Shown one piece after another: positions 28,967-42,714 of a DNA stretch of 64,000 nucleotides. Both the position numbers and the translations under genes were made by a program. The DNA comes from Eledone cirrhosa (taxonomy: Eukaryota). The DNA is taken from assembly GCA_964016885.1 (NCBI GenBank), contig OZ024746.1, positions 55,924,001-55,988,000 on the forward strand, read 5' to 3'. Position 1 is the first letter of the stretch. Each line of letters begins with the position of its first letter. Under the pieces are notes generated by a model. It saw only the letters and a list, made by a program, of their open reading frames with translations, was not told the DNA's origin and did not search any database.

Positions 28967-29874
28967 ACATGGTGGTGGTGGTGGTTTCCACTGCAGTATT
29001 CCGGTTCACAGGTGGCTGAGGTGTTAATATATATGATATTGGAATATCTGCCGAAATAGGTTCACATCTACAATCTGCATTTGCAATGCTTTGTAAGCAA
29101 ATCTAAAAGACCAATAATGGTGAAATGGAAAACTGAAAGTGAAATTTGCTTTAGATCTCTCATGTCAGCAGCAACGGTTTCACTTAACAGTAATTAAGTT
29201 TCTTGTTGTTTGTTGCTTTTTGTTGTTGTGTTGTTGTTAGTTGAAGATTGGCTCTCTGATATGTGGGCCGTCTTCCGAATCTTTTTAAGACGGTAAGTAG
29301 CGTAATAAATATTCATTCATAACAGCTTATATTTTAAAAAGAAAATCTAAGATAATTTTAATATCTTATATCCACTAGAACTTACATCATAAGCCTCGAT
29401 GTGAAAATATAAATAATATGGAAAACCAGCTGTGATGTGCAAACTTACTTCTTAAATAATTAATTACGTTATCATCTCATGCAGATTATACAAATCATAT
29501 TAGCTCTTTTATTTCGTTTCTGGATTTTATTCGATAAAAATATCTATTTGTAATGCGTTTTCGTATAAATGTAAAGTTAAAGTTAATTTCTTCTGAGAAA
29601 CAGCATACTCGTTGTGAAACAACGAAGACAATAATTCCATCATTCTGATTACGAAGAGAACAACAAAATGTTTTCAAATTATTTTAACCTCTGACGGCAA
29701 GGATTATAATTTTATATATATTACATTTGGGGATATCTTTGTTCTCATTCTTTATTCTGATGAAGGACTAGCGTTCTAAACGTTAAGACATCTTCCTGCT
29801 AATTCAAGTGTTAACCTAATATATTCCTTCCATGTACTGTGCAGATTGTGTTGTTATTTCTGTTTACCTTTTAC

Positions 29875-29922
<48 letters not shown>

Positions 29923-29929
29923 ATATCAA

Positions 29930-30565
29930 GGACACAAGAATGGGCTCCAACTATGCCATCCTTTTCGTCGGCCATGTCGAGGGCCAAATATTTTCCCAAT
30001 ACACCGGTGCCATGCCCGAACTGTACGTTCGTTACATTGACGACTGCATCGGGTCCACGACCCTCACCCAAGTACATTCCTTACTCCCAAATCCGCCGGA
30101 TCCACCACCTCTGCAGCCAAAGATGCTGATTTGAGACCCAGGCTCTTTCTTTGGTCAGGCAATTCACGCCGCCCTCACCCACGACCGCGCAGTCTGCTGA
30201 TCCACCGCCCTCACCCCGTACCATCAACTGCTCCCCCCCATCTCCCCCACACCCTCAGCACACCATACTCCACCTTTTCCGACGCCTCCAGTCCGACCCC
30301 TCCACGCCCCATGCTCGCACTCCCACCCCTCCCCTTCTTCAAACGCGCGCAACCTCCACCAACTCCTCGTCCGTAGCTCCCTACCCCCAACTCCCGTTCT
30401 TTTCCCCCCGGTTCCCTTCCCTGCTTCATACCCCGCTGCTACATCTGCCCTCACATTACCATCACCAACACCATCCAAGGTCCCAACGGCCACTCTCTCT
30501 CTATGCGGCACGCCTTCCGCTGCAACTCCTCGAACCTCGTCTACGGACTCCGCTGCACTAAGTCC
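29930..30565 (+). pseudogene. Internally deleted Neptune-type PLE fragment
   Basis: TRMGSNYAILFVGHVE..YVRYIDDCIG (RT), IPYSQIRRIHHLCS (thumb), PCFIPRCYICPHI..QGP..FRCNSSNLVYGLRCTK (Cys linker and start of GIY-YIG). Confidence 0.8.
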
Positions 30566-30872
30566 AGCGCGACCTATATTAATTTGCTTTACTAGCAATG
30601 TACACGTTGGAGATTTCTTTATTTATATGCTTCACTCATTATAAATAACCCAATTATTACTACCTTTACCCTGAAAGGAGAAAACCATATTGAATAATGA
30701 ATTTCTATAATTTCTGTGTAAAAAAGAATATATTCATGTTATGTATGATAGCTGGAATATCAATTAACAAATATATTCTGGATCAAGGTGGAATTGTACT
30801 AAGGAAATCCAATTTCATTCGCACTTTCATAAATCTTATATTTAATCTTAAAAACGGTAGCAAATAGCAAGT

Positions 30873-30963
30873 TTAGTGATAGCTCAGTTGGTAAAGCGTA
30901 GGTCTTTAGTTTGACATAGGTAGTTGTCAACCTTGGCCGACGGTTCGAATCCGTCCCATGAGA
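30873..30963 (+). tRNA. Intron-containing tRNA-Tyr-like pseudogene or SINE head, anticodon TTA
   Basis: TAGCTCAGTTGGTAAAGCG A box; anticodon arm AGGT-CT TTA G-[~20-nt intron]-A-ACCT; T arm GACGG TTCGAAT CCGTC; acceptor and D stems mismatched. Confidence 0.6.
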
Positions 30964-31706
30964 TTAATATAGAGTAAGTAAGTCCCACTGATGATCTGTG
31001 TCTTAACAACAAATAAATATTCTATTTTATCCCAGCCCCCCACCCACCCCCATTTCGTCTATCTCACCTTTTTGATTCTCCCACTGTCGTCATCCTTACC
31101 TCCCATACACATCATCATCATCTGGGGGGTTGTAAGTAGTGCATGTGTGGCAGAGTAAAATGAAAGGCCCTCGTTTCTCATGGAGCTTTGAAATAAGTGG
31201 TGTGTCTCTGTGAGATTGTGTAAACTCCGCGATTTATGGTCATCAACATCATTTTTGAATCTACTTTGCCATGTTTAGACGCGGTGTATAACAGTTAGAT
31301 GTAATTCCTGGTACCAACACATTTAAACATCTCTTACAGCATGCAGTGTTATGATGCACCTTTTAAAAATTACAGCTCACCTTCCTAAGTAATGGTTTAC
31401 CTTTGTAAGCAATGGTTCACCTTTCTAAACATCAGTGTAGAACATAAGTGTAAGCAATGTCACGAGGATGCACCTCTATGAAGAGAGAAGAACTCCAGAT
31501 GAGTTCCTGATAACAGACACGAAGATGGACTTCTTGTTATGAATTCAGTGGATGATCTACCAGAACACTTTAGTTGCTGATCTATAGTCAGATTATAGCT
31601 TAACCCTAAAGTGCTTTCATAGCTTAACTTCAGATGCCTTTACTGTTTCTCCTGTGACTTTTTATACCTGCGTGTACCACACGCGTTAGACTGGACGACC
31701 GATATA

Positions 31707-31802
31707 GTCAGGTGGTGGTATTACACCGGACCACCGGGAGGGTCAGGTGGTGGTGTTACACCGGAACACCGGGATGGTCAGGTGGTGGTGTTACACCGGA
31801 CG
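31707..31802. repeat. ~35-bp minisatellite, about 3 copies
   Basis: gtcaggtggtggtgttacaccgga repeated three times. Confidence 0.85.
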
Positions 31803-32259
31803 ACCGAGATACTTCTCAACAATGCTTGGACAGCCATCGTCTCTGACGTCGAGGGATCCAATTGTTGGAACAACGGAATTGCCTACTCGTGAAAATAACA
31901 TGTAAGTGGCTGAGCCTTCCATAGACACACCATCGACGTAGTTCTCAGGGAGGTTCAGATAACGGCGAACCAGCGAGAAAACATTTACGTAGTGGCTCGG
32001 CCTGCTTGAATAACAGTTAAATCTTCTTTAAACTAATGTAACATCTTTAAAAAAAAGAGGGACATATTGAACAGTCTGGTTCTAGATATGGTTCTATTAT
32101 GCCTGAAAGGGAAATAAAGGATTGCCACGACCGGGTTGCCTTTGATTATAGCTAATTAGACTGAACAGTCTTAAAACAAGGAAGACATTGACAAAAATAA
32201 ATAGCTATTTGTATTAAGCTCATTCTGGACGAACTAAGAAGACAAGAAACTGTCTAGTC

Positions 32260-32778
32260 CAGGGACGAGCAGCATGCGGCCCGTCGGCCACAATCCGGCC
32301 CACCAGACCAGTCAGAGTGGCCCGCGATGACCGTTTTTAATTTTTACCTTTAAGGCTTATTTAGAATGTTGTTCGTAACCGTAATGTTAGTTGACAAATA
32401 CTAAAGGGCTTCACTGATAGGGTTATGTGTGTTATAATTCCCCAGTTCCATGTTATGGAAAGATGTTGTGGTGAATTTTTGGAATAGTGCTTAATAAATA
32501 TTAATTATTTCTACGTTAGGCACAAGGCCAGCAATTACCCAGTGCATTACTGCTACTTTATTTTATCGACCCCGTAAGGATGAAAGGCAAAGTTAACCTC
32601 GGCGGGATTTGAACTCAGATCGTAAAGGGACGTAATTATGCTGGAAAGCATGGCGTCCGCCCCTCTACAGATCTGCCAATCCACCGCCCTCATTAGTGCT
32701 TAATAAATATTAATGACTCTAATAGTTGTTCCAATATTAAAAAGTGGCCCGCCAATTGAATATGTTGCACACCCCTCC
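32260..32778. mobile_element. hAT-type MITE with nested SINE
   Basis: Exact 8-bp TSD gtctagtc (32252-32259, 32779-32786); subterminal gcggccc/ggcccgc motifs; TIRs eroded. Confidence 0.75.
32506..32690 (-). mobile_element. SINE family A inserted in the hAT MITE
   Basis: Reverse complement of family A; flanked by direct repeat tagtgcttaataaatattaat. Confidence 0.9.
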
Positions 32779-32812
32779 GTCTAGTCAGATGGATTCCATA
32801 TATAAACAACAC

Positions 32813-32910
<98 letters not shown>

Positions 32911-32982
32911 TAATAATTTAGAGGCCAATGTACAAAGCTTGTTTTGAAAGATAATATTTATACACGCACGCGCACGCGCACG

Positions 32983-33015
<33 letters not shown>

Positions 33016-33079
33016 ACGCACACACGCACACACATATATATATACGTATATATATATATATTCAATATATATATATATA

Positions 33080-36000
33080 TAAAATACGTAGTATAGAAAG
33101 CCACAACAATGCAGATGGGAAATCTCGAGGTAGGAAGTGATTGATAGATAGGAGAAATAGGAGAAAGTGAAAATTGAGAGAGACAAAGATGAAAACAAAA
33201 CAAAGGTAGAAGGGTTACCGTAGTGGAGATTTAATCCCAATATTTCGGGCTCACGCCCATCAACGGGGGAAGGTTCCAAAAAAGGGGGGGGGGAACAGGC
33301 TAAGCCGGAGAAAGTTGTGATGTGGTTAAAACAGGAATGCCGTTATGGGGAGAAAATTTAAATGAGGGAAAGAATGCGCGTGCGCGTGATAGGCTGTGGC
33401 AAAAGCTACTGACCAAATGGGTTAAATCAAGAGGGTGCGCTAGCGTGTGAAAGCCGTAAAATATGTGTGTGTAAATATATATGTGTGTGTAACTGTGTGT
33501 GTATATATGTAAGTGTGTATATGTGTGAGTGTGTGTATGTGTGTGTGAAAGAGAGTGGGCTGTAGAAGCTGGAAATCAAAGGGTGTGAAAGGTGGTAGGT
33601 TGTAAAACATGTGTGCGTGTATAAATATAGATGTGTGTGTGTATGCGTATGAGTATATATGTGTGTGTAACTGTGTGTGTATATGTGTAAGTGTGTATAT
33701 GTGTGAGTGCGTGTGTGTGTGAAAGATAGTGGGCTGTAGAAGCTGGAAATCAAAGGGTGTGAACGGTGGTAGGTTGTAAAAACATGTGTGAGTGTATAAA
33801 TATAGATGTGTGTGTGTATGCGTATGGGTATGCATATACGTGCGTGTGTGTGAAAATAGCAGGCCGTAAGGGCTGTGAATGGTCACTATGGTTAAATTAG
33901 CCATGTCAGCACATTTCTCTCAGCCCGGTTGTTAAGTGGGGGTCTGAGGTTCTTAATAACAAGTGCTTCCTTTATCCTTAAGGATCCGATGCTGCGTTCA
34001 GTCGCTAGGACTGTGACCAAGGGTCTGCCCTGTGGGTTTCGCATTTAAGGATGTGTTTACGGAAGGAAGATGCGTTGGTGTTGACATGTTCCTTGATACG
34101 AACATTCAGGGGTCGGATGGTGCTACCTATGTAAAACTTGTTACATTTATCGCATTGAATCTTATATACGACATAGGTGCGTAGGCAATCTGCCCCCCGT
34201 ATCGGGCAGTTGCTGAGGGAACACGTCCCATCTGACTCGTCGGGTTTGTTGGAGAGGTATCTTCGCAGCGAAGGTCCTGTGTGGGTCAAATGTATGTCAA
34301 GTCCCTCCGTCCGTATGGCTCTGCGGATGGCGTTCGTGGTATATTCACTCAGGTGGGGGATTTTAAAGAAGCACCTGCTTTTATTTAAGTTTCTAGTGGG
34401 TGTCTGTCTATTGGGTCTGGGGTCTCTAATTCCGTTAATCAGTCGCTTGGGATATCCATTAGACTTGAGTAGATTACGGAATTGCGTGGTATGGGTGAGA
34501 CCACCCATCGGGTCGCTGCATCTGTTAGTGATCCGTGTCAGTTCCTTTAGGACATAGCCTCTCTTAGCGTTGTTGGGGAGGGCTGAGTTGTAATGCACAA
34601 ATAAGTCCTTGCACGCTGCTTTGCGGTAGAAGGTGGTGTTTATGTCTCCTTCTTCCGAGATGTTGATACGGAAATCGAGGAGGGCGAGTGACCCGTCTTC
34701 TCCTGGGTGTTCGATGGTGAAATCGACGTGATGGTCAGTATCGTTGAAGATTTGGTGAATTTCATTCGCCATCTCCCGTGAAGAAGTAAGTATCAGGATG
34801 TCATCAACGTATCTGGAGTAGAAGGCGACGGCGTTGGGTGGCAGGTATTGAGTGCCTTGCGTTCCAAGTGGTCCATGTACGTGATCGCAAGTATGCCGGA
34901 CAGACTAGAGCCCATAGGTAGCCCAGAGATTTGTTTGTACGTGTGGCCGAGGAAATTGAAGAGTGCATTATCCACAACGAAGGAGAGGAGTTGGTGGATG
35001 TCCGTGTGTGTGAGTCCGAAGCAGTGTAAGTTAGATGCTCGGACTCGTTCGGTCAACAGGTCGACGGCTGGGGATGCTGGTACGGAGGTATAAAGAGCGA
35101 CCACAACAAGACTGAAGGCATAACCGTTGTCCTTTCTGGTGTTGGGCGCCAGATGGTGTAGTCGCTCCAAGACCTCCTTTGAGCTGCAGACGTGGGCTGG
35201 TAGTGTGTGTAGAATGGGTTTCAGTAGTGTGGAGAGCAGCCACGATATTTTGTAGAGTGGGCCCTCCACGCTAGAGACAATGGGCCTGATTTTCAAATCG
35301 GGTCCTTGTTTATGTGTTTTAACCAGGAGGTAGAAGGTGGGTAGTTTGCTGTTTCGAGTCATTATGTTGTTTTTTATCTTCTTTGGCAGTTTTCGTTGGG
35401 CACAGATGTTAGTCCATATGGTGTTAATGCCTTCCTCGATTAGAGTCGAGGAGGTCCCTGTGACTTTCGAGTAGAGGCTGTCGTCATTAAGATGTTGGAG
35501 AGCTAATTTGTTGTAGGTCTCTGTCGAGATGACACAGAATTCTTTCCCCTTGTCAGAGGGAAGGTACACAAGGTTCCTGGATCTTAGGTTGGTGAGAGTA
35601 TTAAATTGTGCATTGGTGAGGTTGCGTTTATTGTGTGTGTGTGTGTGTTGGGAAAGGATGTTAGAGATAGAATGTTTTAACCTGAGTAGTTTAGTGTCAA
35701 GTTCGTGGTTGGTGGGTGGGGGGTGGAGTGGGTTGTCGAGGTGGTACGTGGGGAGTGTGGGGTGGGTTGTGGGGTTGTAATCGATCTCGGTGTTGTTTTG
35801 AATGGCGGTTAGCCATTTCAGTTGATATGCTGTCCGACAGAAGTTGGTTTCGATGTCGAGTTTCAGTCTATCATCGAGACGCTGTGTAATGATGAACTTG
35901 GGTCCGAGGCGCAGAAGTTCGAGTTCGTCGTTGGTGAGGGTACCGGTTAGGTCGGTAACGAGGTGTGAAGCATCGTTGGTAGGTAGATCGTTGTTGGGGG

Positions 36001-36204
36001 GTGTAGCGGAGGGTGTTGTATAGCTGTTGCCCCTGGTGTGGTTGTAGTCGGTGCGTCTGTGGGAGCGGATGTTGTCATTGTAGTATTTGTTTACAGTCCA
36101 TTCGTATTTCCGTATAAGGCGCTGTTTCTCATCTGCATTCTTGTGGCTTTCTAAACTACGTATTTTACACATTTCACAATGCTTCAAGCAAACATTAACA
36201 CCCT

Positions 36205-36205
<1 letters not shown>
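33080..36205 (-). mobile_element. Penelope-like element, Nematis/Neptune type (RT + CCHH GIY-YIG), frameshifted, with 3' pLTR
   Basis: LGPKF, PSDKG, LVKTHK..IRPIVS, GLPMGSSLSGILA, YSRYVDD after a frameshift near 34830, FLDF-like LLDF, FYRK, C-C-C linker, VVYKIQCDKCNKFYIGSTIRPLNVRIKEH..H, then RIKEALVIKNLRPPLN ending ~33895. Confidence 0.92.
33235..33270 (-). ncRNA. Minimal hammerhead-like motif with variant core
   Basis: tccc-CCGTTGA-t gggc gtga gccc-GAAA-ta-TT-ggga. Confidence 0.55.
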
Positions 36206-36252
<47 letters not shown>

Positions 36253-36443
36253 ATATATATATATATATATTCAATATATATATATATATATTCAATATAT
36301 ATATATATATATATTCAATATATATATATATATATTCAATATATATATATATATATATTCAATATATGCATATATATATATTCAATATATATATATATAT
36401 ATATACGTATATATATATATATATTCAATATATATATGTATAC

Positions 36444-36489
<46 letters not shown>

Positions 36490-36528
36490 GTATATATATA
36501 TATATATTCAATATATATATATGTATAC

Positions 36529-36563
<35 letters not shown>

Positions 36564-36818
36564 CTATATATATGTATACGTATTTATATATATATATATA
36601 TATATATTCAATATATTTATATATATATATATATATACATATATATATTCAATATATTTATATATATATATATACATATATATATATTTATATTCAATAT
36701 ATATATATATATATATGTGAAGTAATTCCATCGGAAAAGTCCAGGAAAAAAGAGTGCTCTATGTAAGCAACAGAGCTTAATTATTATTATTATGTAATAA
36801 ACAACATAAGGCAATTAT

Positions 36819-36876
36819 TCCATTTACCAGTGGTTTCTTAAAAGCAAAAGGTTTTGCTTTCAATCCTCAGAATGAA
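36819..36876 (-). ncRNA. Type I hammerhead ribozyme in distal pLTR of the Hydra-like element
   Basis: ttcatt-CTGAGGA-ttgaaagcaaaa cc ttttgcttttaa-GAAA-cc act gg-TA-aatgga. Confidence 0.85.
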
Positions 36877-37078
36877 AAATCCTGGTTTGTTTATTGAATA
36901 TGGATTCTAAAAACAAAAATGCAATCTATATGAAAGTGAGGCTGGAAAAGGGAGAAGGAAAGGAAAAATAAAATAAAATAAAACTACACATGCAAACACA
37001 CACAAAAAAACACAAAAGCATACTTACACACACACACATATATACACATATAATTTGCACGCATACACATATACACAT

Positions 37079-37136
<58 letters not shown>

Positions 37137-37213
37137 AGCGTACACCTACACACACATACACATATATACACACATATACACATACATATATTCATACACA
37201 CACACACACACAT

Positions 37214-37272
<59 letters not shown>

Positions 37273-37541
37273 CATACATATACACACATATACACATATA
37301 CATACACACACACACACACACACGTGTGTGTACAAGCCTACACATACACACACACATATATATACACACACATATACATACATTCACACAAACATACAAC
37401 GTACATACATACACATACTCTCACACATAAATATACATATACAAATACATAAACACGTACATACACATACATACGCAAACACGTACACGTATACAATATA
37501 AACACACACATGTATATGTAATTATATACGCACACACACAC

Positions 37542-37588
<47 letters not shown>

Positions 37589-38007
37589 CAAAAATATAAA
37601 AATATAAACGCACACACACATATAAATACGTAAACACACATATACATACATAGCTAAACAATTATACACATGCAAATACGTATATATCAAAAGAACGCAC
37701 AACCAAATACAAACACACACACATATATACACACACACACACCCACACACAAACCCACGCATACATAAAAATAAATAAAAACACACGCAACATATACATA
37801 CATATTCACATATATATATACACATATATACATATAAATATATATATATATATATACACACATACACGTACACATACACACATGCATACACATACACACA
37901 CACATATACATGTGTGTATGTGTAAAGCTCAGTATTAGATAAGACAAATGAACCTTACATAAACGTATATATAGTAGTAAAGTAATAAAGCCATACAAGG
38001 CAATTAA

Positions 38008-38064
38008 TCCATTCACCAGAGGTTTCTTAAAAGCAAAAAAGTTTCCTTCAATCTTCAGAATGAA
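38008..38064 (-). ncRNA. Hammerhead copy in proximal pLTR, cleavage triplet mutated (GTG)
   Basis: ttcatt-CTGAAGA-ttgaag..ttttaa-GAAA-cc tct gg-TG-aatgga; direct repeat of 36819-36876. Confidence 0.7.
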
Positions 38065-38155
38065 AGAAAGCCCTGGTTTATCCACATATACATACATATA
38101 CACACACAAATATACAAATATATACACACATACAGACACGCACACACACATATAT

Positions 38156-38201
<46 letters not shown>

Positions 38202-38509
38202 ATATATATATATACAGACATATATACATACACATATATACACATACATACATATACATACATACATACACATACATATACATACACAAACATATACGTA
38301 CACATATACATATATACACACAAAAATACATACACATACACATAGGTATGTGAAGGGCAAAACAAAAAGAATATATGGGGGGGGGGGCTAAGAGGAGGTA
38401 AAAATATAAGGGGAGGTAAGGGAGAAAACAATGTTTTTAAATACAAGAGTACAGAAGGTAGAAGCAGCAAAATAAAAGCCGTAGCAAAAGTAAAGAGCAG
38501 AGAAGGAGT

Positions 38510-40380
38510 TCAAGGCGGTTGATTTATCGTAGGAGTGTCAATCCAGTTACAGATCAGATGCGATTTCAGATGAGGACAGCATCTGAAGATCTCAGTCTTA
38601 GAGTTAAGGCAAGCGGAAGTGTCTCTCAAGTTTAGCAAAATCCTATACTTTTCTGTGGTACACAAAGAACAATTCTTTGTGCCCCTTTGGTACTCCCTCG
38701 AATGGTCTAATATAGACCAATCAATAGAGTACGGGATATTACTATCCTTGAGATCCCATACCTTACTTGCGAGGGCCGTTGATGTTCGTTTATCTGAGTG
38801 TTTAAAAGAAGCGACATGTGAGTAAAATCTGGTTTTAAACCTGTCCTGGGTCATACCGACATATCGCTCGCTTCTGGCTGGCTGGTTGTTGATAACTGGC
38901 GTTATTTTAGCCTCATAAACGACAGATTTTGTGTTACATTTACCCTGCAATGGGCATTCATCCGGCTTCCTGCAACTGCATCCTGGATTTATCCTCGTAC
39001 GGTTTGAACTGGTGATTTTGGATTTCATGGATGGACAACAAGAGTAGCTGATCTTAACTACATTCATATTAAAAATCTTATAATATCTATGAATAGGAGG
39101 AAAATGTTTGTCTAATAGTTCAAGGAATTTCCTTCCTACATTAGTTTTGACATTTAGAGAGAAGGGGTGTGTGAACCAAATAATCTTCCTTTTCCTGTTA
39201 TTATGGTTAGTTTTAGGGGGGGGAGTAGGTAAATAAGAAATATTTTCTGTAAAACCGCTGTTCTTAAGGGCTTTATTATAATAAGGGGCGGCTTTATTAA
39301 AAATGTCTATAGACGAAGATAAAGTAGAAATCCTACGGCTAATGTTAGGAATAAGATTATTAAAAACTATAGGGGGATGGCAAGACTCTTTGTGTATATA
39401 CCTAAGATTTTCATTAGGTTTATGATAGGGTTTAAAAGAGGCAGTAAGTAGATCAAGATTAATATCAAGAAAGTTAGCATTAGTAAGGTTCGTATCTATA
39501 GTAATTTTAAGGTTAAGATTAGCAAAGGTACTAATTAAATCTTTACGGAATTTATCAAGATTATGGCCATTGGTGGTATGAGAAACTGCTAATCCGTCAT
39601 CACGGTATAAACCGATATTATGGGACGGAAATTTCTCTTTGAGTGTGTGGAGAAGGAATAATCCTACTAAGTCGCACACATCCGCACTGTCATAAGAACC
39701 CATTGCAACATCGAAAGAGTTTTCAGGGTTTGACTTTTTAACCCAAATATTATCATTAGTAAAAAGTAAAGTTTTTCTGGCATGAAAGATAATGTCCTCT
39801 TCTAATTTGGAGATATTAATGAAGGGTCTTGCAAAATCTAAGGCTTTAGTTAATAAGGAAACGGTAATAGAAGGGTAAAAATCGACAATATCAAATTGCG
39901 TAAATCTACACTTATTTTTACCTTGTATATTATTGAACCAAGAAATAACAGAGGAAGTATTTAGCCACTGTGAAAGGACAGTGTTAGTTCTAATTTGGAG
40001 AATTATTTTTCTTAAGATTTTCTTACTAGCAAGGCCAACCTCGGATTTAGCCGGGTTAATCAGTCTACAACTAGGTCGATTAGTAAAGTCCAATTTATGG
40101 TCTTTAAGGGTAATATATGCTTTACGCTTAGCTAAGCTTTCAATCCGGTTATCTATTTGTAAAGAACTAGCTAGTTGTTTAGCTTCTTTATTGATAGTAT
40201 TGTAGCTATTATTATTAGTTAATTGATATTTATTGGTAATACTATTAGTTAAAAGTTGGTTATACAAATTACTATTAACTTCAAAGAGGTTTTTGGTTTT
40301 ATCAGAAAGAACGAAAGTGTTTGTAGAATTTCTAAAATTAGAGATATCGTGAGAAAGTTTAGTTTGAAAATTATTATGGA

Positions 40381-40386
<6 letters not shown>
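38510..40386 (-). CDS. Hydra-clade-like PLE RT + GIY-YIG endonuclease, open frame, 5'-truncated at (TA)n
   Basis: Frame stays open upstream of the annotated TTG start (..FVLSDKTKNLF..); ITLKDHK..CRLINPAKSE, QFDIVDFYPSI, MGSYDSA, GLYRDDGL, FLDI, CSCRKPDECPL, VVY..YVG, CSLC, CPH terminus. Confidence 0.93.
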
Positions 40387-40449
<63 letters not shown>

Positions 40450-41026
40450 AACAAACTTATCTGGAAAACAGAGTTCTGAAACGCGAGTGTATAGGATTCT
40501 CAGGAAAATAGGTAAACTAAGCGTATGGGAGTTATTAGAACAGCAAAATACCATCGAAGCAGCGTGGGGTAAAATATTATCTCGAAGGACAGGGATCAGC
40601 GGCAGGATGTGAGTTGACTGGAAGAGGAAGGAAGGGAAGTTAGGAAAGAGGAACATGAATGGATGAAAGCGAACATGTCACAAACATTAATATACGCTCG
40701 TCAGATCGTATCTCCAACAGTTTCGACAAATTATATATACATATATATATTAGGTGTGAAAGAACGAAGTTCATTACTGCTATTTTATGGATGTGTGTAT
40801 TTTTTCACAAGAAAGTTTTTCGAACGCAGAAGTTGAGAAATTCTTAATATATTCTATAATCCGAATTTTGACTTTACAATTTTACTGTCAATTGCACAGA
40901 AATAGAAAGGATTTTATTTATTCGATATAAAAATTAAATGGTAGTATTGTGGTTGTGGGTGGTGTCATTTGTCTCCTCCTCACCACCAATATTTGTAGAC
41001 GCAGTCCGCCAATACACACATACACA

Positions 41027-41083
<57 letters not shown>

Positions 41084-42714
41084 GGTCTCTATTTTTGTGG
41101 ATGCAAAATATATGTATAAATGAATATATAAATATATGTGCGTGTGTATGTGTGTATGTGTGTATGTGTGTCTGTTTATATATATATACAAGAGTATTGA
41201 ATACGTAAGAGCTTCCGGCGGCTATCTTCCAATCTTGTTAGAAACTTATCCATCTTATGTCTTTGTTACGCCTGACCAGTAAGATTTGTTTTCCTTTAAA
41301 TCTAATATAAATAGCTACAGTTTATGATCTTTTAATATTGGCGCCCTTTTACACCTAATACAGCATATTAATTTAGCTTGGTTTGATTACCTTAGGGCAG
41401 ATTTCTTATAAAATATGGTGGTATTCAATATCGCGCTTGTCGGCTTCATATAGCTTCAAGTATCCTAGAGATATGTTGGAAATATTATCTCTAATAATAA
41501 TTAAATTCCAGCATTACAAAGAGAACGTGTAGAATTTATTGTGAGGCTATTCTATTGAAAGAGTGTATAGAAATTAAATATGGTGCCATGCAATCTTATT
41601 TACCCTGTCCAATAGTAATTAAGGTATGAGAATATCAAGTAATGTTAGATTCGCACTTAGGCGAAATGCCAAATTTTCTACTCGAAATATGTATAGCCGA
41701 ATAAAATCACCAACATCTATTACAGGTATGATATTGCTCACAAGTACAGAACTACGTCACTATAAATAGTATCTTATCGACTTATCATTTTGATCATTTA
41801 AATTTGCTATTAACCGATATAAATTCGTGATACTGACTGGGCGTTAGAACGTAGGATAAAATGTTGCGCTCTGACTTTTCGAACACATCATTTTGAGGTC
41901 TATAAATTAAGTACTATTGCATTATTGGAATTGCACCTCCCCCCTCTCTCTCATATATATAAATGTCTCTTTCTCTCTCTCTCTCTCTCAAGGGAGAGAC
42001 TCAATGAGACAGAGAATGATATAGATAGATAAACAGAAAGAGAGAGAGAGTGAAAGAAAAATTTCTCTTGAAGAAACCGGATTTATCCAGAACGAGAAAG
42101 AGATGGACTCTACCACGTTTAAATACCCAAGCTACTTCGTATATGACGACAGCACTCGCACCATACGATCCAGGAGGAAACTACTCCAATGTTAAATTAA
42201 CCACCGTTTCTTTAAGTTCTATCTAATTTTATAATTATTTTTTCTAATTTCGCATGATATACATGTACTTCATGTGGAGATGTATACTTCCTTACTTCAT
42301 TATTAAGTCTTCTATAACCTCATCTCATCTCCTTGATGAAGTGATGATGATATGCTAGTATGCAGTGCTAATCTCATCGATCCAGACATTACTTTCAATC
42401 AGGCGGATCTAGGATAAGTTTGACTATTCCAGAAATTGGAAAAAAGTCATTTCTATCATAGTCTTGGATCAAACATTGAATTGCGAAAGATAATTGGTAG
42501 ACAGAAATCCTAGGGCCATCAGTCTATTAGAATGTAAAAGCTCTTATTGGCGGGGCCACATTACCCTAGGCTCCATTTAACAACTTATGGCTTTAGGGAG
42601 GGCTCAGTTTAGTTCCTCTTGATGCAATCTTTTCAACAAAAGTTTCTAGAATTTTTATCCATAATATCGAATTGCCTGCACAGCGAGCAGTTCCATTCCA
42701 AGTCGGGGAGATTA

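Noticed and set aside
31707-31802. Short regularly spaced repeats resembling a CRISPR array
   Set aside because: Only three units, intervening bases are ~10 nt and similar to each other, eukaryotic context, no cas genes.
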